From an uncultured Verrucomicrobiota bacterium (GTDB lineage: Bacteria; Auribacterota; JABMQX01): a stretch of DNA of 64,000 nt. The stretch is taken from the NCBI GenBank assembly GCA_964516325.1, contig CAZFAP010000002.1, positions 22,276-86,275 on the forward strand, given 5' to 3'. Position 1 is the stretch's first letter, and each line of letters begins with the position of its first letter. The notes beneath the pieces are model-generated. The model worked only from the letters and a program-made list of their open reading frames with translations. It was not told the origin of the DNA and did not search any database. This document shows positions 1 through 8,698 of this stretch, piece by piece. The position numbers and the translations under genes were made by a program.

Positions 1-1545
1 GAACTTGTTGAGCTCGAACCGGCTGATGTCTATTCCTTCGACTTTCTTGGGGACCTGCACTTTCCAGAGCGGGTCGTCGGTCCACTCGATGTTCCCTCGC
101 AGGATGCCCCGGATGATTGAGGCCATCTCTTGAATCTGGACGCGGGTGACTCCCTGCTTGACGAGGGGTATCCCCTCCTTTCCGGGCACCCGGATCTCTC
201 CAATGCCGCCGGTGTTCAAGAGGTAGCACTGAATCTTATTCTCGTTCGTCTTGACGAAATCGTAGAACCAGTTTCCCTCCTCGGCTTCGTCCCCGATGAG
301 GAACGGGTTGGTCCCGACCACGCGCACCGATTGGCCTGCTTTCCTTGGGTCGCTGCCGGAGCTCTCGATGGACTCCCCCAGCATGAAAGCCCCCGCCGCC
401 TCTTCCGGGCTGAGCCTGGAAGCTATGGGCACGATGGTGTTGCGACGGGTGATAAACGCGATGACCAACCCGTCAAGCTCCTCCAGCGGAGGAAGGTCAA
501 CGCTCCGCGCGACTCGCTTCCAACCCAGGTCTTCCCTGCGGACCATCGCCCTGCCGTTGCCCGTCAGACAATCGTCGTCGAAATCCACGTTCCCCTCGTA
601 ATCCACCAGGACGTTTTCGAGGAGAGAATTTGGGTTGGTGCAGGCCATGTACAGGGCGGGCTGCATCTCCATGTTGAGATCCTCGGTTTTTACGTAATAG
701 CCCCTTTCCGTTCCGTAAGCGGTGCCGTCCTTGCACAGGAAAACGACGTCATCCTGAAGGACCTTCGCGGACTCGCCTTTCCCCGTCAGTCCGTGGTCAT
801 GACACGAATGGGTGGTCTTCCCTGTGGCGGTCATGCCAAACAGAATCATGCCGTAGCGGCGGAGCTTTCCGTGCTTATCTCTTGCGGTCAGAATCTTGGT
901 CCCGGCATGGAGGCCGAGTTTGTTCTGCTGCTTGGCCTGCCACATCCCCATCCGCAGAAATCCCTTTTTCACCTCGCCGTAATAATCGGTCCCAAGGACG
1001 TAGGTGATCCCGCTTCGTGGGAAGACGAGAATCTGGCGTTCGGTCTCGATCCATTCGGGGATATAGACAAGGGAGAGGTCGGGACCGGCGCCGGGCGTTT
1101 GCTCGAAAAGTGATATGGAGAAGAAGTAGGAGAGACGAATCATCTCTTTTCGGTGAACCGAAACGTAGAGCTTGCACTGCGGAACAAAGTGGACGTTTTG
1201 CCCCATGAACCTTTTCACGCGAACCAAAGGGGCTCGCTTGAGATACTCGTGAAGCTTCGCCAGGGTGGTGGGGAGGGTATTGATGACGTGCTTCTGATAC
1301 TCGCTCAGCTTCTTTTGCTCGACATCCTTTCCGCCGAGATAGACCGTGGCGCCGGCGCTCCGATTCTTCACGCTCGAAACGAAGTTGTAATTCTCAAACT
1401 TCGTCTTCGTTCCGTATTTCTCGGCTTCCGAGCGGATTTCCTCTGCGGTCATCTCCGTAACGTTCGGGCGAAGGGGCAGCCCCTCAATCATTTTGATAAC
1501 GTCCGCTTCCATTTCTGTCATTATGTCGGGTCGCACATCAACCAT
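1..1545 (-). CDS. pckA: Phosphoenolpyruvate carboxykinase (ATP), 3' end runs off the window start (partial, 515 codons visible)
   Basis: Not in the ORF track because it leaves the window. Manual translation of the minus strand from the complement ATG at 1543-1545 (RBS GGTGAGG upstream) gives MVDVRPDIMTEMEAD... It contains ITYVLGTDYYGEVKKGF (PEPCK GTxYxGEMKKG motif), ILFGMTATGKTTHS (kinase-1a P-loop) and VLQDDVVFL (IGDDEH region). The frame is continuous to base 1. Confidence 0.7.
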   Translation of the reverse strand, partial: MVDVRPDIMTEMEADVIKMIEGLPLRPNVTEMTAEEIRSEAEKYGTKTKFENYNFVSSVKNRSAGATVYLGGKDVEQKKLSEYQKHVINTLPTTLAKLHEYLKRAPLVRVKRFMGQNVHFVPQCKLYVSVHRKEMIRLSYFFSISLFEQTPGAGPDLSLVYIPEWIETERQILVFPRSGITYVLGTDYYGEVKKGFLRMGMWQAKQQNKLGLHAGTKILTARDKHGKLRRYGMILFGMTATGKTTHSCHDHGLTGKGESAKVLQDDVVFLCKDGTAYGTERGYYVKTEDLNMEMQPALYMACTNPNSLLENVLVDYEGNVDFDDDCLTGNGRAMVRREDLGWKRVARSVDLPPLEELDGLVIAFITRRNTIVPIASRLSPEEAAGAFMLGESIESSGSDPRKAGQSVRVVGTNPFLIGDEAEEGNWFYDFVKTNENKIQCYLLNTGGIGEIRVPGKEGIPLVKQGVTRVQIQEMASIIRGILRGNIEWTDDPLWKVQVPKKVEGIDISRFELNKF

Positions 1546-1851
1546 GGTCACCTCACCTTCACGACAGTTGTCCGGGGATTGCACGTCCTTTGTTCCAGGG
1601 CAGCAGGAGTCCTGCCGCTCACTGCTGCAACACGAACGCAAGCCGCGCAGATTATGCAGGTCGCGCCGTTCCCTTGCAAGAAAAAATCATTCTCACCGGC
1701 AAAGCCTCAGCTACAGGCGGGGCATCCCCCACGCTGGGGGAGCGTCGGTAGGAGAGATGAAACCGCAGATGAACGCAGATGGACGCAGATAAGAAACAGG
1801 CGAGCGCTGACTCGCCCCGGCAGGTCGGACTCTTGGGGGTTGCCCCCCCCC

Positions 1852-2170
1852 GTAACTGAGGGATTACTCTCCCCGGATTTACCACAAGTTCGACAAGACC
1901 ATTCGGGGACACGTCTTCTACAGCTTTCTGGCGCTGATGCTCCTGAAGGACCTGCAGTAAAAGATGGAGGCGCGCGGCTGGCGGCTCGAATAGGAACGTC
2001 TGAGAGGTGACCTCGATGCCCGCGAGGAGATGACCGTGCCGACACTCGGAAAGACGTTCGTCATCCGCAGCCGCACCCGGGGCGATGTCGGCAAATCCCT
2101 TCAGGCCGTCGGTGTAGCTCTCGGACCGACCGTCCGGCTCCTGGAAGGGGAAAACGCCTCAGCGTCAACC
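1852..2170 (+). pseudogene. IS4-family (DDE_Tnp_1, IS1634-like) transposase C-terminal relic with in-frame stops
   Basis: The plus-strand translation reads DYSPRIYHKFDKTIRGHVFYSFLALMLLKDLQ*KMEARGWRLE*ERLRGDLDAREEMTVPTLGKTFVIRSRTRGDVGKSLQAVGVAL. This matches the conserved IS4 C-terminal signature (RPIYH..R..GH.F..FLA, then the Tnp tail). It is interrupted by two stop codons, and the upstream 350 aa of a full transposase are missing. Confidence 0.5.
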
Positions 2171-2338
2171 CGCTCAAGGCAAAGACGAAACGTAGTGCCA
2201 GGACGAGAACGCAAAGTTGCAACCTCCCAAAACTCAGGGGATTACAAAATCGCACTGTAGAAGATCCATCTCAGACCCCGCAGCTTCGGCACATGGGGCC
2301 TCGGGTCATCTCGTGTTCCGGGTCGAGAACGCGGCTCG

Positions 2339-3739
2339 TCATTCGAGGAGCGACCAGCCTTCTCGGTACACGCGGCGAAGAGCTCCATTGGCATCGGAGC
2401 TGTTCACGATTTTCATTGCCAGCGGGTCGTATTCGAGTTTTCCCTCGAACTGGGTGGCGACGTTGCCGAGAAGAACAAATTCCGCGAGGGGCCCCGCGTA
2501 GTCGAAATTGGACATTGCCGGTGAACCGCCTCGGCACGCATCGAGCCACTCGCGCTCGTGCCCCTGAGAGCGTGGCAGCGAGCGCGGTGGGCCTTCAAAA
2601 CCTTTGAATTTATCGGCAGGGAGGAGGCTGAATTCCGTGTTATGGGCGTTCGAGAAGAGCATGCCGTTCTTGCCGACCAGGAGAATGCGAGACCAGTCCT
2701 TCCATTCGTCTCCGTCGTCTGTTGTCCAGTCAAACGTGCGGCCGACGAGCTCTTCCATCTTCCGGCGAATTCCCTTTTGCTCCATTCCGTCGCGGCCGTT
2801 GTACCAGGTCAGCGTAACGGGCGGGAGCTCCCCTCGCGGCGGAACATCGTAACGGATGAATTCCCATCGCGGGAAGGATGCCTTTGTGATTTCCGAGACC
2901 TCGGCTTCCACCCGAATCACAGGTCTTGAGTCGCCGAAAGGTTTGGCACTCCAGAGGGAGTCGAATTTCAGGGCTTTGAAGGCAACGTTCATCGTATGGC
3001 AACCCCAGTTGCCCAACTGTCCCGTGCCAAAGTCGCGCCAGGCGTGCCAGTGCAGCCAGTCCGGATGATAGGGGCGGTACGCAGCTGGCCCGAGCCAGAG
3101 GTCCCATTCGAGATAGTCCGGAACAGGGAAATCTCCTTTTGGCGGTTCGCGATGTCCCGGTCCGCCGCCGGTGTTCCAGACGTGGATTTCGCGGATTTCG
3201 CCGAGGATGCCCGCTTGAATCAGCTCGACGGAGCGCCGGAACGCGTCGCTGGCTGTTCCCTGGTTGCCCATTTGCGTTGCCACCTTGCATTTTGTCGCCG
3301 TCTCGCGCATCATGCGGGCCTCATAGACGCTGCGGGTCAGGGGCTTTTCGCAGAGGACGTGCTTGCCCATTTTCATCGCCAGGCTTGTCGCAGGGGCATG
3401 GATGTGGTCGGGTGTAGCGACGATGACCGCGTCAATCTGCTTATTCATTTCCTCAAGCATCTTCCGGAAGTCGTGATACCGCTTGACCTCCGGGAGACGC
3501 TTGAAAGCCTCAGCAGCCCGCTGCTCGTTCACGTCGCACATGGCGACGACGTTTTCGCCGAGAGTCGGGATCGTGCGGACAAACCAACTCCCCCGTCCGC
3601 CGACGCCGGCGAGAGCGATGTTGAGCCTCTGGTTGGAATCGTAGCTCCAAACGGAGCGATGGCTCTTCAGAATCACCAGGCCCGCTCCACCGAGTGCGGC
3701 ACTCGCAAGGAAACTGCGACGATTCATGCGGAGTTCCAT
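2339..3739 (-). CDS. Gfo/Idh/MocA-family NAD(P)-dependent oxidoreductase, Tat-exported
   Basis: MELRMNRRSFLASAALGGAG is a twin-arginine signal. Rossmann motif IALAGVGGRG. Conserved EKPL motif (CEKPLTRS). RBS AAAGGAG 8 nt upstream of the ATG at 3739 (the ORF-track start at 3850 is probably too long). Confidence 0.8.
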   Translation of the reverse strand: MELRMNRRSFLASAALGGAGLVILKSHRSVWSYDSNQRLNIALAGVGGRGSWFVRTIPTLGENVVAMCDVNEQRAAEAFKRLPEVKRYHDFRKMLEEMNKQIDAVIVATPDHIHAPATSLAMKMGKHVLCEKPLTRSVYEARMMRETATKCKVATQMGNQGTASDAFRRSVELIQAGILGEIREIHVWNTGGGPGHREPPKGDFPVPDYLEWDLWLGPAAYRPYHPDWLHWHAWRDFGTGQLGNWGCHTMNVAFKALKFDSLWSAKPFGDSRPVIRVEAEVSEITKASFPRWEFIRYDVPPRGELPPVTLTWYNGRDGMEQKGIRRKMEELVGRTFDWTTDDGDEWKDWSRILLVGKNGMLFSNAHNTEFSLLPADKFKGFEGPPRSLPRSQGHEREWLDACRGGSPAMSNFDYAGPLAEFVLLGNVATQFEGKLEYDPLAMKIVNSSDANGALRRVYREGWSLLE

Positions 3740-3866
3740 GTTCTCCACTCCTTTCTGTCCGATCAATGGACCATCCTCCCTGCCCCCTTCGGGACACGTT
3801 CTTCTGCTTGGTTGCCACACCGGCGAACCCAGAAAGGGAGGGAATGGCAATTACCCAATCAGAGGT

Positions 3867-5330
3867 TCAAGGTTCGGGCTTCCGCAGGATGCCGCCTCCC
3901 ATGGCGTCCCATTTCTCGACGACGCGTCCGGCAAGCCGTCCCATTTCCGCTTCGGCGCCGGAGGTTACATTGCGGTATCGGTCCGCGATTCGGCGGAGAT
4001 GATCGAGACGTTCCCGATAAGCGGCGAGTTTCTCTTTTGGCCAATTCTGCCTTCTGGCTCGCTCCTGAAGGAACTGCGGCGTCAGCAGAGGCGAAGCCCA
4101 ATACCAATCCCGCTCGAAAAACCAACATTCGTGAAGCTGAAGGAGGTCCTCGACTTGCTGCTGCGCCCCTTCGTTTCCGAAGAATTCCTTTGCCGCGCGT
4201 TTCTTGAACTCGTCAAAAGGAAGGTCGGGATTGGCGACGAATTCCCTGTATGCCAGACGGTTCAAGCGGGGAAAGAGTTGGCCATATGGCATCTGCCCGT
4301 CGGGAAGGTGTTCGAGGCCGAAGGGCTTGAGGCGCTTGCCGACCCAGAACGGTTCTCCTCCCTCCGGGTGCGAAGCCACGAAATTGAACGCTTCCAGAGA
4401 TGGCACATACCCGCTGACGCCCGCTTGACGTGCCTGGCGTGCCTGGTCCTGAATGCGACGCGGATTGCCGAGGGTCGGAGCGTCTCCCCAGGAGATGCTC
4501 GTCCGGGCGTTGCGTATCAGGTCGGGGTCAAGATGCGCGCTATGGGGAGTGAAGAACAGAGTCCAGCGCGGGTCAAAGGGCAGTTTGGCAGCCGTCACGT
4601 TGAACCCGGGGACTTTGCGGCCGGAGAAGTAATGCGGATAGACGGCGATCATCGCGTCGGGCTTCTTCTGCCAGACGTCCTGCGAAATCTTCTGCACGAA
4701 CTGAAACTCGCGCTCGTAATAGCGCTCGCTGCATTGGGGACAGTAACAGATCGCGTAGTCGGAGGACTCGACGAGCAAGCCGTCCGCGTTCGGATAAAAG
4801 TCGAAAAACATCTCCCGCACGTATTCCAGCATGAATCGCTGCGACTCCGGCTGCGAAGGGCAGAGGTTATAGCCCCAACAATGAATGCCCGCGAGGTCCA
4901 CGGGCTGGTTATCGGGCTTTCGCGCCTTCAGCTCCGGATGCTCCAGCGGATACTGGTTCGTGCCGTCGTAGGCAAACGGCGTGAAGCCAAGGAGAACTCG
5001 GATTCCCTTGGAGTGGGCGTAGTCAATCAGCTCGCGAACAAAATCCTGCTGGACGTTCTTGTGGTCGGCGTTGTATCGCCAGGTGATAGGAAATTTCTTC
5101 GACGGGAAGGCGCCCGCAGTCCAGAGGATCAAGAGGTTTGCACGGTCTTCTGCGAGACAGTCCACCGCGTCCTTCCATTCCGAAAGCCCCATTGTGGGCA
5201 TCCGCATGAAGGTGATGTAGTAGCCGCGCAGCCTGAATGGATCGTCCTCCCCCGGCGACTGATGAGCTACGAGAGTCAGCCAGACGAAACCCAGCACGAT
5301 GAAAAAGTGACGGGATGTCCGACGCAGCAT
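3867..5330 (-). CDS. Secreted TIM-barrel glycosidase-like protein (GHL/DUF-type glycoside hydrolase-like family)
   Basis: N-terminal hydrophobic signal (FFIVLGFVWLTLVA). The (beta/alpha)8-like segment DYAHSKGIRVLLGFTPFAYDG is typical of GHL-type families. Exact family cannot be assigned by eye. Confidence 0.35.
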   Translation of the reverse strand: MLRRTSRHFFIVLGFVWLTLVAHQSPGEDDPFRLRGYYITFMRMPTMGLSEWKDAVDCLAEDRANLLILWTAGAFPSKKFPITWRYNADHKNVQQDFVRELIDYAHSKGIRVLLGFTPFAYDGTNQYPLEHPELKARKPDNQPVDLAGIHCWGYNLCPSQPESQRFMLEYVREMFFDFYPNADGLLVESSDYAICYCPQCSERYYEREFQFVQKISQDVWQKKPDAMIAVYPHYFSGRKVPGFNVTAAKLPFDPRWTLFFTPHSAHLDPDLIRNARTSISWGDAPTLGNPRRIQDQARQARQAGVSGYVPSLEAFNFVASHPEGGEPFWVGKRLKPFGLEHLPDGQMPYGQLFPRLNRLAYREFVANPDLPFDEFKKRAAKEFFGNEGAQQQVEDLLQLHECWFFERDWYWASPLLTPQFLQERARRQNWPKEKLAAYRERLDHLRRIADRYRNVTSGAEAEMGRLAGRVVEKWDAMGGGILRKPEP

Positions 5331-5681
5331 GGCTAAAGTCTAACTTCTCACGAGCCGCCGTACAAGGGGGAAACAGGACGACCCAGGGAGCTCCAGTCCT
5401 GGAGGAGCCTGTAAACACGGCATTTCGACATGGACATGAGGAGCACGGAGCGGATATTCTGAGGCGTGTTGTCAAGCTGGTGCTGAGCACAGCGAAAGAT
5501 TGCCGTACCCCCTCAAGACGTGTGGGTTTCTGAGCGACGACACAGGCCAAAACGAAGAAAAGGAGGAAGAGCGGTTATTGGGCCATGGACGATATTTCGG
5601 GACGAAAGGTTAGAATCAAAGTGAAGTAGTAATGGCTCGGGTATTGCTCGACCTGTACTGCAACTGATGGAGGATCAGACG

Positions 5682-6989
5682 ATGCGTTCTGAGAAAATCT
5701 CAAGACGGTCCTTTCTGAAGCAGAGCGCGACGGCCCTGACCGCGGCCGCTGCGGCGCCTTATATCATCGGGTCGGAGGTGCTCGGCGCCCAGGGCAGACC
5801 GGGCGCCAATGACCGCGTGATTATCGGCGTGATTGGAATAGGAAACCGGGCAAGGCAGCTCGCGAAGTTCGTGGCGAGCGACATCAAGGACGCTCAGATC
5901 GTGGCCATCTCGGATTGCTACATCAAGTGGATGGAGATGACGCTGGAGATGTGCAGGACGAAGTGGGCGGATTTCGTCAAAACGAAGTGGGCGACATATC
6001 AAGACTACCGGAAGATGCTCGATTCAGAGAAGCTGGACGCGGTGATCGTGGCTACGCCGGACCATGGTCGCGTGCTGCCGTGCATTCGCGCCTGCCAGGC
6101 TGGTTTGGACGTTTATGCCGAGAAGCCGTTGACATTGACCATCGCCGAAGGTCGCGTTCTGGTCAATGCGGTGCGGAAATACCGGCGAGTTTTCCAGGTC
6201 GGGTCACAGCAGCGTTCCATGGAGATGAACCGCTTCGCCTGCGACCTCGTGCGAAGCGGGGGCATTGGCAAGATTAAATTCGTGCAGGGGATAAATTACC
6301 CGGGACCGAAGCGGTACGAGGGGCTTCTTGAAGAGCAAATCCCCGAGGGGGACGATTGGGATGTGTGGCAGGGGCAGACGCCTGCGCGTCCGTTCAATCG
6401 GGCGCTTCAGTTCGCCTGGATGCAGTGGCGGGACTACTCCGGCGGCGAGATGACGAATTGGGGAGCGCACGGCTGCGACCAGATTCAATGGGCGCTGGGG
6501 ATGAGCGAGAGCGGACCCGTCGAGATTTGGCCCGTCAGCCCCGGTCCCTCCGGCAAGGTTTCGATGCGCTATGCGAATGGGGTGGAAGTCCGTTACGAGA
6601 TAGACAATGGACCCTGGGGCGGGGCAATCTTCCACGGCGAGAAATGCAAGATCGAAATAGACCGCAACAAGTTCACAACCGACCCGCCGGATTTCGTCAA
6701 GAACGCACCGGACGCGGCGGCGGCGAAAATATGGGAGGGTCCGGACTGGAACGCCCAGCAGCATATCCAGAACTGGATTGACTGCATCAAGACGCGCGAG
6801 AAGCCGGTCGCGGATGTGGAGATCGGACACCGCTCGATTAGCGTGTGCCACCTTGCGAATATCGCCCGTGAGATCGGGCGGAAGCTCCGCTGGGACCCGG
6901 AGAAAGAAATCTTCCCCGCCGACAAGGAGGCCAGTGCCTGCCTCGACCGGCCGAAACGCAAAGGATACGAGCTGCCGAATCCCGTGTGA
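5682..6989 (+). CDS. Gfo/Idh/MocA-family oxidoreductase, Tat-exported
   Basis: MRSEKISRRSFLKQSATALTAAAAAP is an RR signal. GVIGIGNRARQ Rossmann motif and AEKPL motif. GGAGG RBS before the ATG at 5682. Paralog of 30912..32231 (shared GSQQRS segment). Confidence 0.8.
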   Translation: MRSEKISRRSFLKQSATALTAAAAAPYIIGSEVLGAQGRPGANDRVIIGVIGIGNRARQLAKFVASDIKDAQIVAISDCYIKWMEMTLEMCRTKWADFVKTKWATYQDYRKMLDSEKLDAVIVATPDHGRVLPCIRACQAGLDVYAEKPLTLTIAEGRVLVNAVRKYRRVFQVGSQQRSMEMNRFACDLVRSGGIGKIKFVQGINYPGPKRYEGLLEEQIPEGDDWDVWQGQTPARPFNRALQFAWMQWRDYSGGEMTNWGAHGCDQIQWALGMSESGPVEIWPVSPGPSGKVSMRYANGVEVRYEIDNGPWGGAIFHGEKCKIEIDRNKFTTDPPDFVKNAPDAAAAKIWEGPDWNAQQHIQNWIDCIKTREKPVADVEIGHRSISVCHLANIAREIGRKLRWDPEKEIFPADKEASACLDRPKRKGYELPNPV

Positions 6990-7054
6990 TTGAGTTCACG
7001 ACCGGGCAGCCTGCGCTCCGCACAGGGAAAGGCGGTGCCTTTCCCCGGTTTCGG

Positions 7055-8407
7055 TCACAACGTCCAGCCTTCTCGATACGGCGGATTGATGAACTGATTT
7101 GCCTCCGGGCAGTTGGTGAAGCGCATCTTCTCGCTGTCCCATTCGAGCTTCTGGCCGAGCATCCTCGTGGCGATGATGCCGAGAAGCGCTAACTCCGTCA
7201 GCGGCCCGCCGTAGTCGAAATTCGAGCCTGCTCGTGCCTTGTTCTTTATGGCCTGGAGCCAATCCTGATGATGACCCTGCACGCGAGGGAGGGTTCTCTC
7301 TGGAGGCTTGTACGCCTGCATTTTTGCCTCGGGGATAATCTTCACGCCGCCGGCGCCGTGCGAGCCGTACATGATCTTCCCCTTATCGCCGATGACGATT
7401 GCGCCGGTGCCGGGCGCCTCTCGTCCCGGTTCCAGTTCCTCTGGACGGGGCAGTTTCTCGACGCCGTCGTACCACATCAACGTAACCGGTCCCCGCTTGC
7501 CGCGTGCTGGGAACTCAAACCTCACTTTCGTGCCCCGTGGGAAGGTGTCCGCGTGCGTCTTGGGATCGTATCCCTGAGCCTCCGCCTGGACCGTAGCCGG
7601 AGACCTCAGGTCGAGCGCCCAGAATACCGGGTCAACGACGTGGCACACCCAATCGCCGAGGGCGCCGGTCCCAAAGGGCATCCAGCCCCGCCAACTACCG
7701 GGGAGGTATATGCGATGGTAAGGGCGATATTGGGCGGGACCGAGCCAGAGGTTCCAATCCAGTTCGGCGGGGACCTCGTGTTTTTCCTGAAGTCTCGGCA
7801 ATTGATTGATCATGCAGTGAATGGCTCCGGAGACGGCGTGGACCTCCCGCACGTTGCCGATGGCCCCGTGCCAGATCCACTCACAGAACGTCCGGATATC
7901 GTCGAATGAATGTCCCTGGTTGCCCAGTTGCGTAATCACCTTGTGCTCGCGCCCGGCTTTCATTAGCTGGCGGACCTCATAGATCGAATGGGCCAGGGGC
8001 TTTTCGCAATAGACATGCTTTCCTCTCTTGATCGCCGCCATGCAGGCAACCGCATGGGTGTGGTCCGGGGTGGACACGACTACGGCGTCAATCTGCTTGT
8101 CCATCTCATCGAGCATTCTGCGGAAATCCCGATATTGCTTGGCGTCGGGATGCTGCTTCAACGCCCTGCCGGCCCTTCGCACGTCCACATCGCACAAGGC
8201 AACAACATTCTCCCCCTGCTCGCGGATGCCGTTCAGGTTATCTCCGCCTCGCCCGCCGGCGCCAACGAATGCGATGCTCAACTTATCGCTCGGCGCCGTT
8301 TCCCCCATACCGAGCACATGGCGGGGCACAACCGCAAATGCCGTCGCTGCGCCTGCCGCCCGCCGCAAAAACTCCCGCCTTGAAGTCTTTGTCACGTATT
8401 TTTCCAT
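7055..8407 (-). CDS. Gfo/Idh/MocA-family oxidoreductase, Tat-exported
   Basis: TSRREFLRRAAGAATAFAV RR signal. FVGAGGRGG and CEKPL motifs. RBS AGGAGA before the start. Close paralog of 2339..3739. Confidence 0.8.
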   Translation of the reverse strand: MEKYVTKTSRREFLRRAAGAATAFAVVPRHVLGMGETAPSDKLSIAFVGAGGRGGDNLNGIREQGENVVALCDVDVRRAGRALKQHPDAKQYRDFRRMLDEMDKQIDAVVVSTPDHTHAVACMAAIKRGKHVYCEKPLAHSIYEVRQLMKAGREHKVITQLGNQGHSFDDIRTFCEWIWHGAIGNVREVHAVSGAIHCMINQLPRLQEKHEVPAELDWNLWLGPAQYRPYHRIYLPGSWRGWMPFGTGALGDWVCHVVDPVFWALDLRSPATVQAEAQGYDPKTHADTFPRGTKVRFEFPARGKRGPVTLMWYDGVEKLPRPEELEPGREAPGTGAIVIGDKGKIMYGSHGAGGVKIIPEAKMQAYKPPERTLPRVQGHHQDWLQAIKNKARAGSNFDYGGPLTELALLGIIATRMLGQKLEWDSEKMRFTNCPEANQFINPPYREGWTL

Positions 8408-8698
8408 TGGACAATCTCCTGATGCTTGGGTGCGCTACCGGATACACGTGGTTCAACCCGCAGGCAGAGCTTCCGGGTCTTGTTGGCCTTGCAGGATACC
8501 AAATATCGCCGCTCATAACAAATAGTCGCAAGACGGCGATAACTTGCACGTGCAGGCCGTGTTTGGCAGAGCAATAACGCCGCATGCTTGATTATCGGTG
8601 TCTGAACCGGTTGGCATGTCGTCCGAGGAATGCCTCAGGAAGAGAACGCAACGAACCGCAAGCAGCGGGGACGATGACCCGTCGAGAACAGTGGGCAA

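Noticed and set aside
130-2010. Plus-strand ORFs 130..1113 (327 aa) and 1153..2010 (285 aa)
   Set aside because: They are antisense to the real minus-strand PEP carboxykinase gene (clear P-loop and GTDYYGEVKKG motifs). The plus-strand products are low-complexity Gly/Leu/Arg-rich with no motifs. This is a typical high-GC antisense artefact.
2996-5336. Plus-strand ORFs 2996..4207 (403 aa) and 3726..5336 (536 aa)
   Set aside because: They overlap the bona fide minus-strand Gfo/Idh/MocA and secreted glycosidase-like genes. Arg/Pro-rich composition and no RBS.
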